Shown here in pieces: positions 30,464 to 39,419 of a stretch of DNA of 64,000 nt. Each line of letters starts with the position of its first letter. Position 1 is the stretch's first letter. Location of the stretch: NCBI GenBank assembly GCA_017307735.1, contig JAFKGR010000019.1, positions 2,622 to 66,621 on the forward strand, written 5' to 3'. This DNA is from Chitinophagaceae bacterium (GTDB lineage Bacteria > Bacteroidota > Bacteroidia > Chitinophagales > Chitinophagaceae). A program made the position numbers and the translations under genes. The notes below the pieces were generated by a model that saw only the letters and a program-made list of their open reading frames with translations, made no database searches and was not told where the DNA came from.

Positions 30464-32224
30464 ATGAAAAATATTCTTTTAATGTGTCTGCTTAGCACGT
30501 TGGTTTCTACATCGAGCTGCCGGAAGGCTCCGGTAAAAGATAACACGGGGATAATTAATCAGGAAAATCAATATCCGGTTAATATTAATACTGATAAAGC
30601 GATGTATTCTCCAGGCGATAATATTAATTTTTCCATTGATAAGGCATTGCCTTCAGGCACAGTTGTAACCTATAAATATTTGAACAGCGTGGTGGCAAAG
30701 CAAGAGCTGAACGGTACTTCATGGACATGGAAAGCACCCTCGCAGGATTTTTCAGGTTATATGGTAGAAATTTCCCGTGAAGAAGGTGGGAAAAACAAAA
30801 TATATGGTTGTATTGGAATTGATGTATCCTCTGATGCAGCAAAGTTTCCAAGAAATGGATTCCTTTCCAAATATGGCCAGATGAGTGAAGTGCAAATCCA
30901 CAATGTTATGTCAAATTTGAACAGGCTTCATATCAATTGGGTTCAGTTTCAGGATTGGGAATTTAAGCATCATGAGCCTCTGGCTGGCACCCCCTCTGAT
31001 CCGGCTGAATCATGGAAAGATATTGCAAACCGTACCAATTACAAGTCGACTGTACAGGGATACATAGCCGCTGCCAAATCTTATAATATGAAAACCCTCT
31101 CTTACAATGCAATTTACGGAGCGCTGGATGATGCAGCATCAGATGGAGTAAGCGATCAATGGTATATGTATGAAGATCAGCACCATCAAACCAGGCCGGT
31201 TCTTCAATTGCCGCCTCCTTTCAAAAGCAGTATTTATTATATGGATCCTTCTAATACTGGATGGCAGAATTACATTGCCGGCAAAACAAAAGAGGCTTTT
31301 GAGGTGTATGATTTCGACGGCAATCAGGTTGATCAGTATGGGAATCTGAATAAAAAAGTTTATACCTATTCAGGAGAACCGATTGATGTGGAGACCAGTT
31401 TCAAGTCTTTCCTCGAAGCTATGAAAACCGACATGCCGGATAAGAAGTTGGTGATGAATGCTGTAAACCAATATGGCCAGCAAGTAAGTATATCCAAATC
31501 ACCGGTTGATTTTCTTTATACTGAAGTGTGGGCGCCTAATGAAGGATACAAAGATCTGGCAACCATCATTCAGGAAAATGATGAATGGAGCAACTATTCA
31601 AAAAAGAGTGTGCTCTGCGCTTATATGGATTATAATCTTGCGGCAAATCCGGGATACTTCAATACGCCGGGAGTCTTGCTGACCGATGCCGTTATTTTTG
31701 CCTTTGGCGGTTCACATCTCGAAATGGGAGAGCACATGTTGGGAAAGGAATATTTTCCCAATGATAATTTACAGATGCATGCCGACCTGAAAAACGATAT
31801 TGTTAGTTATTATGATTTCCTCACGGCTTATCAGAATCTATTACGGGATGGCGGTAATTTCAATAATCCGTCATTTACTTCTGCAGATGGGAAAATCAAA
31901 TTTAATAACTGGCCTCCCGCCATTGGTTCGGTTTCCGTTATCGGGAAGGATATGGGACAAAAACAAATTATCCATCTTATCAACTTTTCAAATGCATCAT
32001 CTTTGAGTTGGAGGGATGCAGATGGTACCCAGACTGTACCTGATTCTTTGACTGATTTTGAGGTAAAATTTTCGACGGCGAAAGTGATCAAGAAAATATG
32101 GATAGCCTCACCGGATATAGATTATGGCTCATCTCGGGGAATTGAATTTAAACAATCAGGGGATGCTGTTTCTTTTAGTGTGCCCTCATTATTGTACTGG
32201 GATATGATTGTAATCGAATATTAA
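30464..32224 (+). CDS. Glycoside hydrolase family 66 (dextranase / cycloisomaltooligosaccharide glucanotransferase-like), lipoprotein
   Basis: Lipobox TSSC; FPRNGFLSKY, HINWVQFQDWEFKHHEPL, DGNQVDQYG, LVMNAVNQYG, FLYTEVW, GGSHLEMGEHML resemble Bacteroidota GH66 dextranases. Confidence 0.88.
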   Translation: MKNILLMCLLSTLVSTSSCRKAPVKDNTGIINQENQYPVNINTDKAMYSPGDNINFSIDKALPSGTVVTYKYLNSVVAKQELNGTSWTWKAPSQDFSGYMVEISREEGGKNKIYGCIGIDVSSDAAKFPRNGFLSKYGQMSEVQIHNVMSNLNRLHINWVQFQDWEFKHHEPLAGTPSDPAESWKDIANRTNYKSTVQGYIAAAKSYNMKTLSYNAIYGALDDAASDGVSDQWYMYEDQHHQTRPVLQLPPPFKSSIYYMDPSNTGWQNYIAGKTKEAFEVYDFDGNQVDQYGNLNKKVYTYSGEPIDVETSFKSFLEAMKTDMPDKKLVMNAVNQYGQQVSISKSPVDFLYTEVWAPNEGYKDLATIIQENDEWSNYSKKSVLCAYMDYNLAANPGYFNTPGVLLTDAVIFAFGGSHLEMGEHMLGKEYFPNDNLQMHADLKNDIVSYYDFLTAYQNLLRDGGNFNNPSFTSADGKIKFNNWPPAIGSVSVIGKDMGQKQIIHLINFSNASSLSWRDADGTQTVPDSLTDFEVKFSTAKVIKKIWIASPDIDYGSSRGIEFKQSGDAVSFSVPSLLYWDMIVIEY

Positions 32225-32239
32225 TCCTCCTCCCTCCAA

Positions 32240-34921
32240 ATGAAAAAATATATCCTGATTATAATGGTTCTGTGCTATATCCTTAATAGTTGCAGTGTCA
32301 CAAACAAAACTGTTCTTTATCAATCGAAAGAATTTACAGTTTATCGCGATAGCGTGAATGCAGGGCCATATACTGCAAAAGCCATTTCAAGAAATGAAAT
32401 AGTTTCTGATTATGTCAGCGCTGCCAATGAATATGTTAGCCCTAAAGTGATTTTTAAGTTCAGTATTAATGGGGCAGACAACTCAGCGCCTTCCGGGAAA
32501 GATAATTCTATTGTTTGTACTGGAAGTGTCAGCATTTACGAAACCCCGGTGATAAAATTTGGGTCTCAATATGTAGATTCTTCAAAAATTCTATCCGGAG
32601 AATATCTGAAAAAGGATGTGAGGCTTACTCTGCGTGTGGATATGAATGAAGTGTTGAATTCTTTTAAGACCAAAGGGTATTATGTTTCTTATGACGGGAA
32701 GAAAATTTACCGGAGTGATTTCAAGGGTGTTTTTGTAGCGGGTAATATAGCGCCTCTCACCTGGGATTTCAATAATCTTTATTCTCATAAGGAATTACAG
32801 ATGACCGACGTGAATCATAACGGAATTTATGAAATTACACTTACCCTGAATCAAAATCCGGATGCAGAAAAAACGGCCCATTCGTGGAAGCGGACAAAAA
32901 ATTTAAGTCCATTTCCCCAATACCATTCTTCTGATGTTTTGCCGGATGCATTGTACAATCTTGCACTTGAAGAAATGGAAAATGCAATTGAACCGGACAG
33001 TACTTTTCGCACTGGTAAAGAATGGGCGGGGGTATGGACAAGAGACATTAGCTACAGTATCATATTGTCTATGGCTATATTGCAGCCGAAAGTTGCCATG
33101 ATCAGCCTGAAGAAGAAAGTAAAAAATGGGAAGATTATTCAGGATACAGGTACCGGTGGAGCTTATCCTGTTTCTACCGACAGAGAAATATGGGCCGCGG
33201 CAGCCTGGGAGGTGTATAAAGTTACCGGAGATAAAGAATGGCTTCAGTATGCTTATGAAGTAATTAAAAACTCTGTCAATGATGATCTTGAAAATATCCG
33301 GGATAATGCAACGGGTTTGATGAAAGGAGAATCTTCCTTCCTGGATTGGAGGGAGCAAACATATCCGGAATGGATGCAGCCGGCAGATATTTATGAATCG
33401 GAATGTCTGGGAACCAATGTGGTGCATTTTGTTGCTAATACAGTACTGTCTGAAATGGCATCTATATTGGGGTTTGAGTCTGAAGAAGAAAAGCATAAGG
33501 AAGTAGCGGCACAAATTAAAGCAGGAATAAACAAATACCTGTGGCAGGAAGATAAGGGATATTTTGGCCAGTATCTTTATGGAAGAACATTTAAGATCCT
33601 TTCCCCGAAATCAGAGGCGCTTGGCGAAGCATTGGCTGTTTTATTTGATGCTGCGGATAAAAACCGTCAGGAAAAGGTGATATCCAATACGCCTGTGACA
33701 CCTTACGGAATTTCTTGTATTTATCCACAGATACCGGGTATCCCGCCTTATCACAATAATGCCGTATGGCCGTTTGTTGAGTCTTATTGGGCACTGGCTT
33801 CGGCAAAAGTCGGAAATGAAAACTCTGTGGTGAGGGCCATCGGATCGATATACCGGGCTGCAGCATTATTCCTCACCAACAAAGAAAACTTTGTGGCTGA
33901 TAATGGAGATTATGCGGGTACTCAGATCAATTCAAGTAATATGCTTTGGAGCCTTTCCGGCAATATCAGCCTGATTTATAAATTGTTTTTCGGAATGCAT
34001 TACGGAGTGGATTACCTTTCTTTTGCCCCGTTTGTGCCAAAAGTATTCAAGGGGAAAAGAACTTTATCCAATTTCAAATACAGAAATGCCATTTTAAATA
34101 TAGAGATGATTGGTTTTGGCAATAAGGTAAAATCATTTACCGTTGATGGGAAAGAATCCGCCGATCATCGGGTATCTTCTTCACTTAATGGAATACATGA
34201 AATCAAAATTATTTTAGACAGCAAAAATATTTCGTCTAAAAATATAAACGCATCAGAGAATCTTTTCAGTCCCCAAACGCCTTCTGTAAAATATGTAAAT
34301 GGACTTTTATTATGGACGAATGTCGGGAAAAATATTTCCTATAAGGTTATACGAAATGGTAAACAGGTTAGTGACCAAAATGATTTATCATTCAAAATTG
34401 ATTCAACTCTTTTCGGCGACTATCAGGTAATTGCCGTTGAAAAGAAAGGATTACAATCCTTTGCCAGCGAACCTTTGAACATATACCCGCGCACTAATGA
34501 ACAAATGGTGCAATTAGAAGATTTTGCTCTTCGGTCTGACAAGCCTTATCAGGGATCCACAGGTAATGGATTCGTAGAAGTTAGTAAAAACGGTAACCGG
34601 AAAATTGTTTTTGATATTGATGTGAAAGAGGAGGGAGCGTATATTCTTGATGTGCGTTATTCAAATGGAAACGGCCCGATAAATACAGAAAATAAATGTG
34701 CATTCAGGACATTATATGTCGATAAAAATAAAACCGGTACATGGGTATTCCCGCAAAGAGGAAAAGAAGAATGGAGTAACTGGGGGTGGAGCAACCCGCT
34801 AAGAATACATTTGACAAAGGGTCTTCATCATTTGGTAATCAGTTACCATAATTCAGATGAGAATATGAATGGAACTATCAATCAGGCAATGCTGGATGTG
34901 GTAAGGATAATAAGAAATTGA
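32240..34921 (+). CDS. (alpha/alpha)6-barrel glycosidase (MGH1-like / amylo-alpha-1,6-glucosidase-like) with internal and C-terminal CBM-like modules, lipoprotein
   Basis: Lipobox LNSC; GVFVAGNIAPLTWDF starch-CBM-like module; WAGVWTRDISYS, GESSFLDWREQTYP, PPYHNNAVWPFV; C-terminal EGAYILDVRYSNG...LTKGLHHL jelly-roll. Confidence 0.75.
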   Translation: MKKYILIIMVLCYILNSCSVTNKTVLYQSKEFTVYRDSVNAGPYTAKAISRNEIVSDYVSAANEYVSPKVIFKFSINGADNSAPSGKDNSIVCTGSVSIYETPVIKFGSQYVDSSKILSGEYLKKDVRLTLRVDMNEVLNSFKTKGYYVSYDGKKIYRSDFKGVFVAGNIAPLTWDFNNLYSHKELQMTDVNHNGIYEITLTLNQNPDAEKTAHSWKRTKNLSPFPQYHSSDVLPDALYNLALEEMENAIEPDSTFRTGKEWAGVWTRDISYSIILSMAILQPKVAMISLKKKVKNGKIIQDTGTGGAYPVSTDREIWAAAAWEVYKVTGDKEWLQYAYEVIKNSVNDDLENIRDNATGLMKGESSFLDWREQTYPEWMQPADIYESECLGTNVVHFVANTVLSEMASILGFESEEEKHKEVAAQIKAGINKYLWQEDKGYFGQYLYGRTFKILSPKSEALGEALAVLFDAADKNRQEKVISNTPVTPYGISCIYPQIPGIPPYHNNAVWPFVESYWALASAKVGNENSVVRAIGSIYRAAALFLTNKENFVADNGDYAGTQINSSNMLWSLSGNISLIYKLFFGMHYGVDYLSFAPFVPKVFKGKRTLSNFKYRNAILNIEMIGFGNKVKSFTVDGKESADHRVSSSLNGIHEIKIILDSKNISSKNINASENLFSPQTPSVKYVNGLLLWTNVGKNISYKVIRNGKQVSDQNDLSFKIDSTLFGDYQVIAVEKKGLQSFASEPLNIYPRTNEQMVQLEDFALRSDKPYQGSTGNGFVEVSKNGNRKIVFDIDVKEEGAYILDVRYSNGNGPINTENKCAFRTLYVDKNKTGTWVFPQRGKEEWSNWGWSNPLRIHLTKGLHHLVISYHNSDENMNGTINQAMLDVVRIIRN

Positions 34922-34926
34922 GTGTA

Positions 34927-34985
34927 TTTTGGGGTTAAGAATGTTGTTTGTTACAATTCGTTTTCTTGCAAGTAGCGTTGTGTAC
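34927..34985 (+). repeat. ~60 bp direct repeat, copy 2
   Basis: ttttggggttaagaatgttgtttgttacaattcgttttcttgcaagtagcgttgtgtac, starting 6 nt after the glycosidase stop codon. Confidence 0.93.
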
Positions 34986-35147
34986 TCATTATTGTTACCT
35001 GATTAAAACCATGACAGAATCCTGATACTAATCATTATGATTATTCGTTTAAGCTAATTACTTTTGCATTCTGGTTTTAGGAATAATTTCTGACCGGATT
35101 ATGATTAAACCAGGATTCTCTATCCATAAAACCACCGAATACCTATA

Positions 35148-35936
35148 ATGAAAGACCACATCCTGCGTATTGAGTCGAGTATTAACAGCGGCATATCAGG
35201 CCACGGCTCGGGGCTTATTGAAATCATCTATTCCTTTTTATTGCCGGAATACAAAATCAATTTTTTTGACACCATTCATGTAAATGAAATCGGGAATGAT
35301 TTGAAAGAATCCGTTTTGAAAGTCGGCCGGAATGTTTATATCAATCTGTGGTGGCCGCTGTCGGTGAATTTTGAATCCGTAAAAGAAGAAGAGAAAAAAT
35401 TTATCAGGCTGCGCCTCGTGCATCACGCATTGATGATGCTTGCAGATGAGGACGAAAGAATCAATAAGGATGCCCTTGAACAAATCAGAATGAGAATATT
35501 GAAAAATAATTTTAATTTTGAATTTGATATGGAAGAACTTCCCAATGAAGTGCTTCCGGATATCGAAGCAAAGCTTGTGGTAGTTCCTGAAAATTCCCTT
35601 TTTAATATTTTCCTCGATGTTTATAAAATGAAAGAAAGAACCTGCAGGTTGCTGATTTACCAGGGCATTCCTGTTCCCATTTATCTGAACGATTTGTTTT
35701 CGTCTGCAGGCTGGAAAGATGCCCATCATTTAACTATATCCGGCAGCAATTCTGAAGTAACTATAAAAGTAGATTTTGAGAACTGTAAAATTGAATACCA
35801 GGTACAGGGGAGCCCAATGCTGAAAGCACCCTATTTCGAGTTGTTCAAATCTTATCAGTACAGCGGAGAGCCACTGGAGGTTTTTGTTCATTCGCTGAAT
35901 CCCGGCAGGAAGGTGGTTGTGAACCACGAGGTTTGA
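35148..35936 (+). CDS. Hypothetical protein, 262 aa, no signal peptide
   Basis: Long ORF with ATG start and protein-like composition; no family motif recognised. Confidence 0.7.
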   Translation: MKDHILRIESSINSGISGHGSGLIEIIYSFLLPEYKINFFDTIHVNEIGNDLKESVLKVGRNVYINLWWPLSVNFESVKEEEKKFIRLRLVHHALMMLADEDERINKDALEQIRMRILKNNFNFEFDMEELPNEVLPDIEAKLVVVPENSLFNIFLDVYKMKERTCRLLIYQGIPVPIYLNDLFSSAGWKDAHHLTISGSNSEVTIKVDFENCKIEYQVQGSPMLKAPYFELFKSYQYSGEPLEVFVHSLNPGRKVVVNHEV

Positions 35937-35949
35937 TGTTTTGCTGAAC

Positions 35950-36080
35950 AGTATATATAATTTTAATATTTTTAATTCTACCGTTTTCCTTTCATCAATG
36001 TCCTGGGAACTACCATAAATTTTTTTACACTTGCCATTTACTATTTCAGCTCCACCAATTGTTCTCGGCCATTTCGGGTT
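35950..36080 (-). pseudogene. PAS/PAC domain gene remnant
   Basis: Manual translation: NPKWPRTIGGAEIVNGKCKKIYGSSQDIDERKTVELKILKLY, a PAC-type motif (W.R..G.......G....GS.QDIDERK..E) with no start codon and an upstream in-frame stop. Confidence 0.72.
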
Positions 36081-36279
36081 TTAAATGCTTTTTAAATCGA
36101 TAAATAAATTACAAATTGGGTTTCTATGGCACACTTGAGAAGCGGGTGAGCCGCAAACATCCTCATTATATTTTGACCAACAGGACAGACTGAAAGATAG
36201 AATTTCAAAAAGATTTTTCCTCTTTAATTCAATATCCTTAATTTCGTTAATAACTTAACTTCGGGTTAACAAACTAACA

Positions 36280-36882
36280 TTGGTCTTCGATAATTCATAT
36301 AACGAACAGGAATTAATTCAACACATAATAGGGGGTAATGAACGAGCTTTTGCTAAATTGTTTGATCATTACCGGGATAAAATCTATAGTGCTGCATTGA
36401 AACTGACACATTCTACTGTTATAGCGGAAGAAATTACTGAAGATGTTTTTTTAACGATATGGTTAAGAAGGAACTCTTTAAATGAAATAAAAAGTTTCAG
36501 CGCCTATCTCTTTACTATTGCAACAAATAAAACTTATAAAATATTAAAACAGATAGCTAAGAACTACAAAATAGTTTTACTTGCTGAAAATAATGAACCC
36601 ATTACTATGGAAAATTCAGAAGATTATCTTATTACAAAAGAATACGGTTCGTTGTTACAGAAAGCTATCCAAAGACTTCCGAAGCAGCAAAAGCAAGTTT
36701 ATCAATTAATGAAGGAAGAACAGTTAAAACGGCAGGAAGTGGCTGAGATACTCCACATACAACCCGAAACTGTAAAGTTCCATCTTGCCCAGGCTATGAA
36801 AAATATCCGCACCTACTGCATGATGCACCTGAGTTCTTCAGTTGGCTTCCTCCTTTTTTTATCTTCCCTTTTAATACCATAA
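36280..36882 (+). CDS. ECF RNA polymerase sigma-70 factor
   Basis: AFAKLFDHY, AEEITEDVFLTIW, FSAYLFTIATNK, LPKQQKQVYQLMKEEQL...VKFHLAQAMKNIR; TTG start. Confidence 0.93.
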   Translation: MVFDNSYNEQELIQHIIGGNERAFAKLFDHYRDKIYSAALKLTHSTVIAEEITEDVFLTIWLRRNSLNEIKSFSAYLFTIATNKTYKILKQIAKNYKIVLLAENNEPITMENSEDYLITKEYGSLLQKAIQRLPKQQKQVYQLMKEEQLKRQEVAEILHIQPETVKFHLAQAMKNIRTYCMMHLSSSVGFLLFLSSLLIP

Positions 36883-37123
36883 AAATAAAATTTTTATATT
36901 TTCCGGTAAAAGTCAAACCGAAAAAGATAGTTGAGGAATCGTGACAATGTTGATTGCCTTTTGGGAAAAGATGATGACTTGCTTTCTATATCTGGTCAGA
37001 TTATACTTGTAGCTCTTACCAATCTTTTAATATCATTCACCCTGCTTCTTTTCAGTAGCCTGCCTGGTTGCCCTCTGGGCATATTCAGATGCTTCTGTAA
37101 GTGATTTACTAAGTAAAGGAAAA

Positions 37124-37217
37124 GATTTGGCCGCGGATAAGTATTATTAAAGACGGCCAAATATACCTTTTTTATGTACATTTGGCCGTCTTTAAATCTG
37201 ATAATACCGGCCAAATC
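37124..37217. repeat. Four-copy ATTTGGCCG/CGGCCAAAT inverted-repeat cluster, putative operator
   Basis: Copies at 37125, 37154, 37180 and 37208 in alternating orientation; 37147-37162 and 37180-37195 are a perfect 16 bp inverted repeat. Confidence 0.85.
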
Positions 37218-37225
37218 CAGGTTTT

Positions 37226-37233
37226 TAGATTTG
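37226..37233 (+). promoter_or_regulatory. Bacteroidota -7 promoter box
   Basis: TAGATTTG matches TAnnTTTG, 14 nt upstream of ATG 37248. Confidence 0.6.
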
Positions 37234-37247
37234 ACAAAATGATCATT

Positions 37248-38681
37248 ATGGAAAAAGTAATTGGACGACAAGAGGAAAAAAAATTGTTGCGGGAGGCATT
37301 GAAATCAAAAGTCCCGGAATTAATAGCTGTTTACGGCAGGAGAAGGGTTGGCAAGACTTTTTTAATAAGACAAGCCTTACAAAAGGACATCGTTTTTGAA
37401 TTTACCGGAACGAAGGAGGCCAACTTGAAGCAACAATTAGCGAATTTTACCAAGATACTTGGAAAAGTTGCCGGTAATGAAAAACTATACCGTGTTCCTG
37501 ATAACTGGTCAGATGCGTTTGATTTACTAATACATTATGTAACTCCCAAATTAAAGACTGGTAAGGCAGTTATTTTCCTTGATGAATTTCCATGGATGAA
37601 TACTCATAAATCAGGATTTCTGTCTGCCTTTGATTATTGGTGGAATAGCTGGGGAACGAAGCAAGATAACCTTTTAGTAATTATCTGCGGATCAGCCGCT
37701 GCCTGGATGATCCAACATGTAGTAAATAATAAAGGAGGATTGCATAACCGGATTACCCGAAAAATAAGATTACTGCCATTCACTTTACAGGAAACAGAGG
37801 CGTATTTGAAGGAACAAAAAGTAAATCTGGATCGTTACCAAATATTACAGTTGTATATGGTAATGGGAGGAGTGCCTCATTATCTTAAAGAAATTCGAAA
37901 GGGTGAAAGTTCAGCCCAGACCATTGACCGTTTGTGTTTCAGTAAGGATGGCCTATTGCAAAATGAATTTAAGAATTTGTATCATTCCCTGTTTGATGAT
38001 GCCACAAGGCATCTGGCGGTGATTAAAGCCCTGGCCAAAAATAATTCCGGGTTAACCCGAAATGAAATTATTGATGCTGCCGATCTTTCTTCAGGAGGAC
38101 GGATAACAGAATTACTGGATGAACTAATAGAGTCCGGCTTTATTACAAGCTGGTTGCCCTATGATAAAAAGTCTAAGGATGCTATCTATAAGCTCGCAGA
38201 CGAGTATTCACATTTCTATATCAAGTTTATGGAACAAAGCCGTTCGAGTGGGAGCGGTACATGGCTTAAACTTTCTAATGGCCAATCATGGAAAAGCTGG
38301 AGTGGCATCGCTTTCGAAAGAGTCTGTTTAAAACACATCCCACAATTAAAAAAAGCGCTGGGAATCCTGGTAGTACATACGGAAGAATCAGCCTGGCGCT
38401 ACGTTCCCAAAAAAGGAACCGGAGCCCAAATTGATCTGCTACTTGACCGTCGGGACTTTGTTATTCATATTTGTGAAATGAAATACTCTGAATCTACATT
38501 TACTATTGATAAAAAATATGCGGTTGAGTTGGAAAATAAAGTAGATGTTTTCCGGCACCAAACAAACACGAAAAAATCAATTTTTATTACAATGATCACA
38601 ACATTCGGTGTTAAGAATAACGAATATGAATCCCGGCTGGTTCAGAAATCCATTACCATGGATGCATTGTTTGAGGAGTGA
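37248..38681 (+). CDS. AAA+ ATPase of the archaeal-ATPase (COG1672-like) type with winged helix and C-terminal PD-(D/E)xK-like domain (ORF track starts at 37182)
   Basis: VIGRQEEKKLL, Walker A YGRRRVGKT, Walker B IFLDEFPW, ICGSAAAWM, MGGVPHYL, C-terminal QIDLLLDR...ICEMK. Confidence 0.9.
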   Translation: MEKVIGRQEEKKLLREALKSKVPELIAVYGRRRVGKTFLIRQALQKDIVFEFTGTKEANLKQQLANFTKILGKVAGNEKLYRVPDNWSDAFDLLIHYVTPKLKTGKAVIFLDEFPWMNTHKSGFLSAFDYWWNSWGTKQDNLLVIICGSAAAWMIQHVVNNKGGLHNRITRKIRLLPFTLQETEAYLKEQKVNLDRYQILQLYMVMGGVPHYLKEIRKGESSAQTIDRLCFSKDGLLQNEFKNLYHSLFDDATRHLAVIKALAKNNSGLTRNEIIDAADLSSGGRITELLDELIESGFITSWLPYDKKSKDAIYKLADEYSHFYIKFMEQSRSSGSGTWLKLSNGQSWKSWSGIAFERVCLKHIPQLKKALGILVVHTEESAWRYVPKKGTGAQIDLLLDRRDFVIHICEMKYSESTFTIDKKYAVELENKVDVFRHQTNTKKSIFITMITTFGVKNNEYESRLVQKSITMDALFEE

Positions 38682-38975
38682 AAAGGCATGTACCTTTTGG
38701 TGCCTGATTCAACTATTCCTTATCTATGACTTGAAACGGGTGAAAGAGTTGTGGGATCCACTCAAACTTTTTCGCTGTGGTACTCCTCCTTCCGCATCAC
38801 TGCCGATCCGGGTTGAGCGTAGGGTATTGTAGCTATAACCATGCGAACGGCTAAACCTGATGGGATCTCTGTTCACTTAATTCATCGTATAATATTTTCT
38901 TTTGAACAGAGTTCTATCTTTAACCTTAATTATCTCCTATAATTATAGTTTTGTGGATATTTTTATTTCTTCATA

Positions 38976-39188
38976 ATGTCACATTCTTTCAATGAAAAAA
39001 TAAAGGTTTTCCTCTCTCTTTTCAAAGGCAGAGAAGATGTGTTTGCCACTCGATAGGAAAAGGATGGCAAAAGTGGATATATGCCTGCTTATGATTTGAA
39101 TTGGAATGAATTTTCAAAACATAAAGCAAGAGGCGGTACTTTGAAAGATTTTCCAGATAAAAAAGCATTTATAAAGAGTGATTCATAA
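38976..39188 (+). pseudogene. N-terminal remnant of a TOTE-conflict-system primase/DEAD helicase-type gene with an in-frame stop
   Basis: Manual translation: MSHSFNEKIKVFLSLFKGREDVFATR*EKDGKSGYMPAYDLNWNEFSKHKARGGTLKDFPDKK; the TAG at 39054 sits where the LFKGREDVFA.RWE...SGY.P motif has Trp. Confidence 0.72.
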
Positions 39189-39419
39189 ATGCTTTATTTC
39201 CAAGTGGGCCACCAGAACCTGAACCTGGGAACACCTGATTATGAGTTATTAGTTCCACAATTATGGAAATTTGCTAAGCTTACCTTTATGTTTCTGGCTC
39301 AGCCAGGTTAGGTGATTTAAAATAAATTTCTAATATAACCCACCCAAAACATTTCTTTTTGTACTCTTATTAGTTGAGTGGGGTATAACTTTTAGTGCCC
39401 TTCCATTTAAAAATAATAG

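Noticed and set aside
38608-38900. ORF 38608..38832 and a relatively GC-rich stretch after the ATPase, considered as a small gene or ncRNA
   Set aside because: The ORF overlaps the ATPase end; no convincing stem set or known RNA motif was seen.
36880-39330. Possible target-site duplication AAAATAAA(A)TTT at 36882 and 39319 around the ATPase insertion
   Set aside because: Short, low-complexity and AT-rich; expected by chance.
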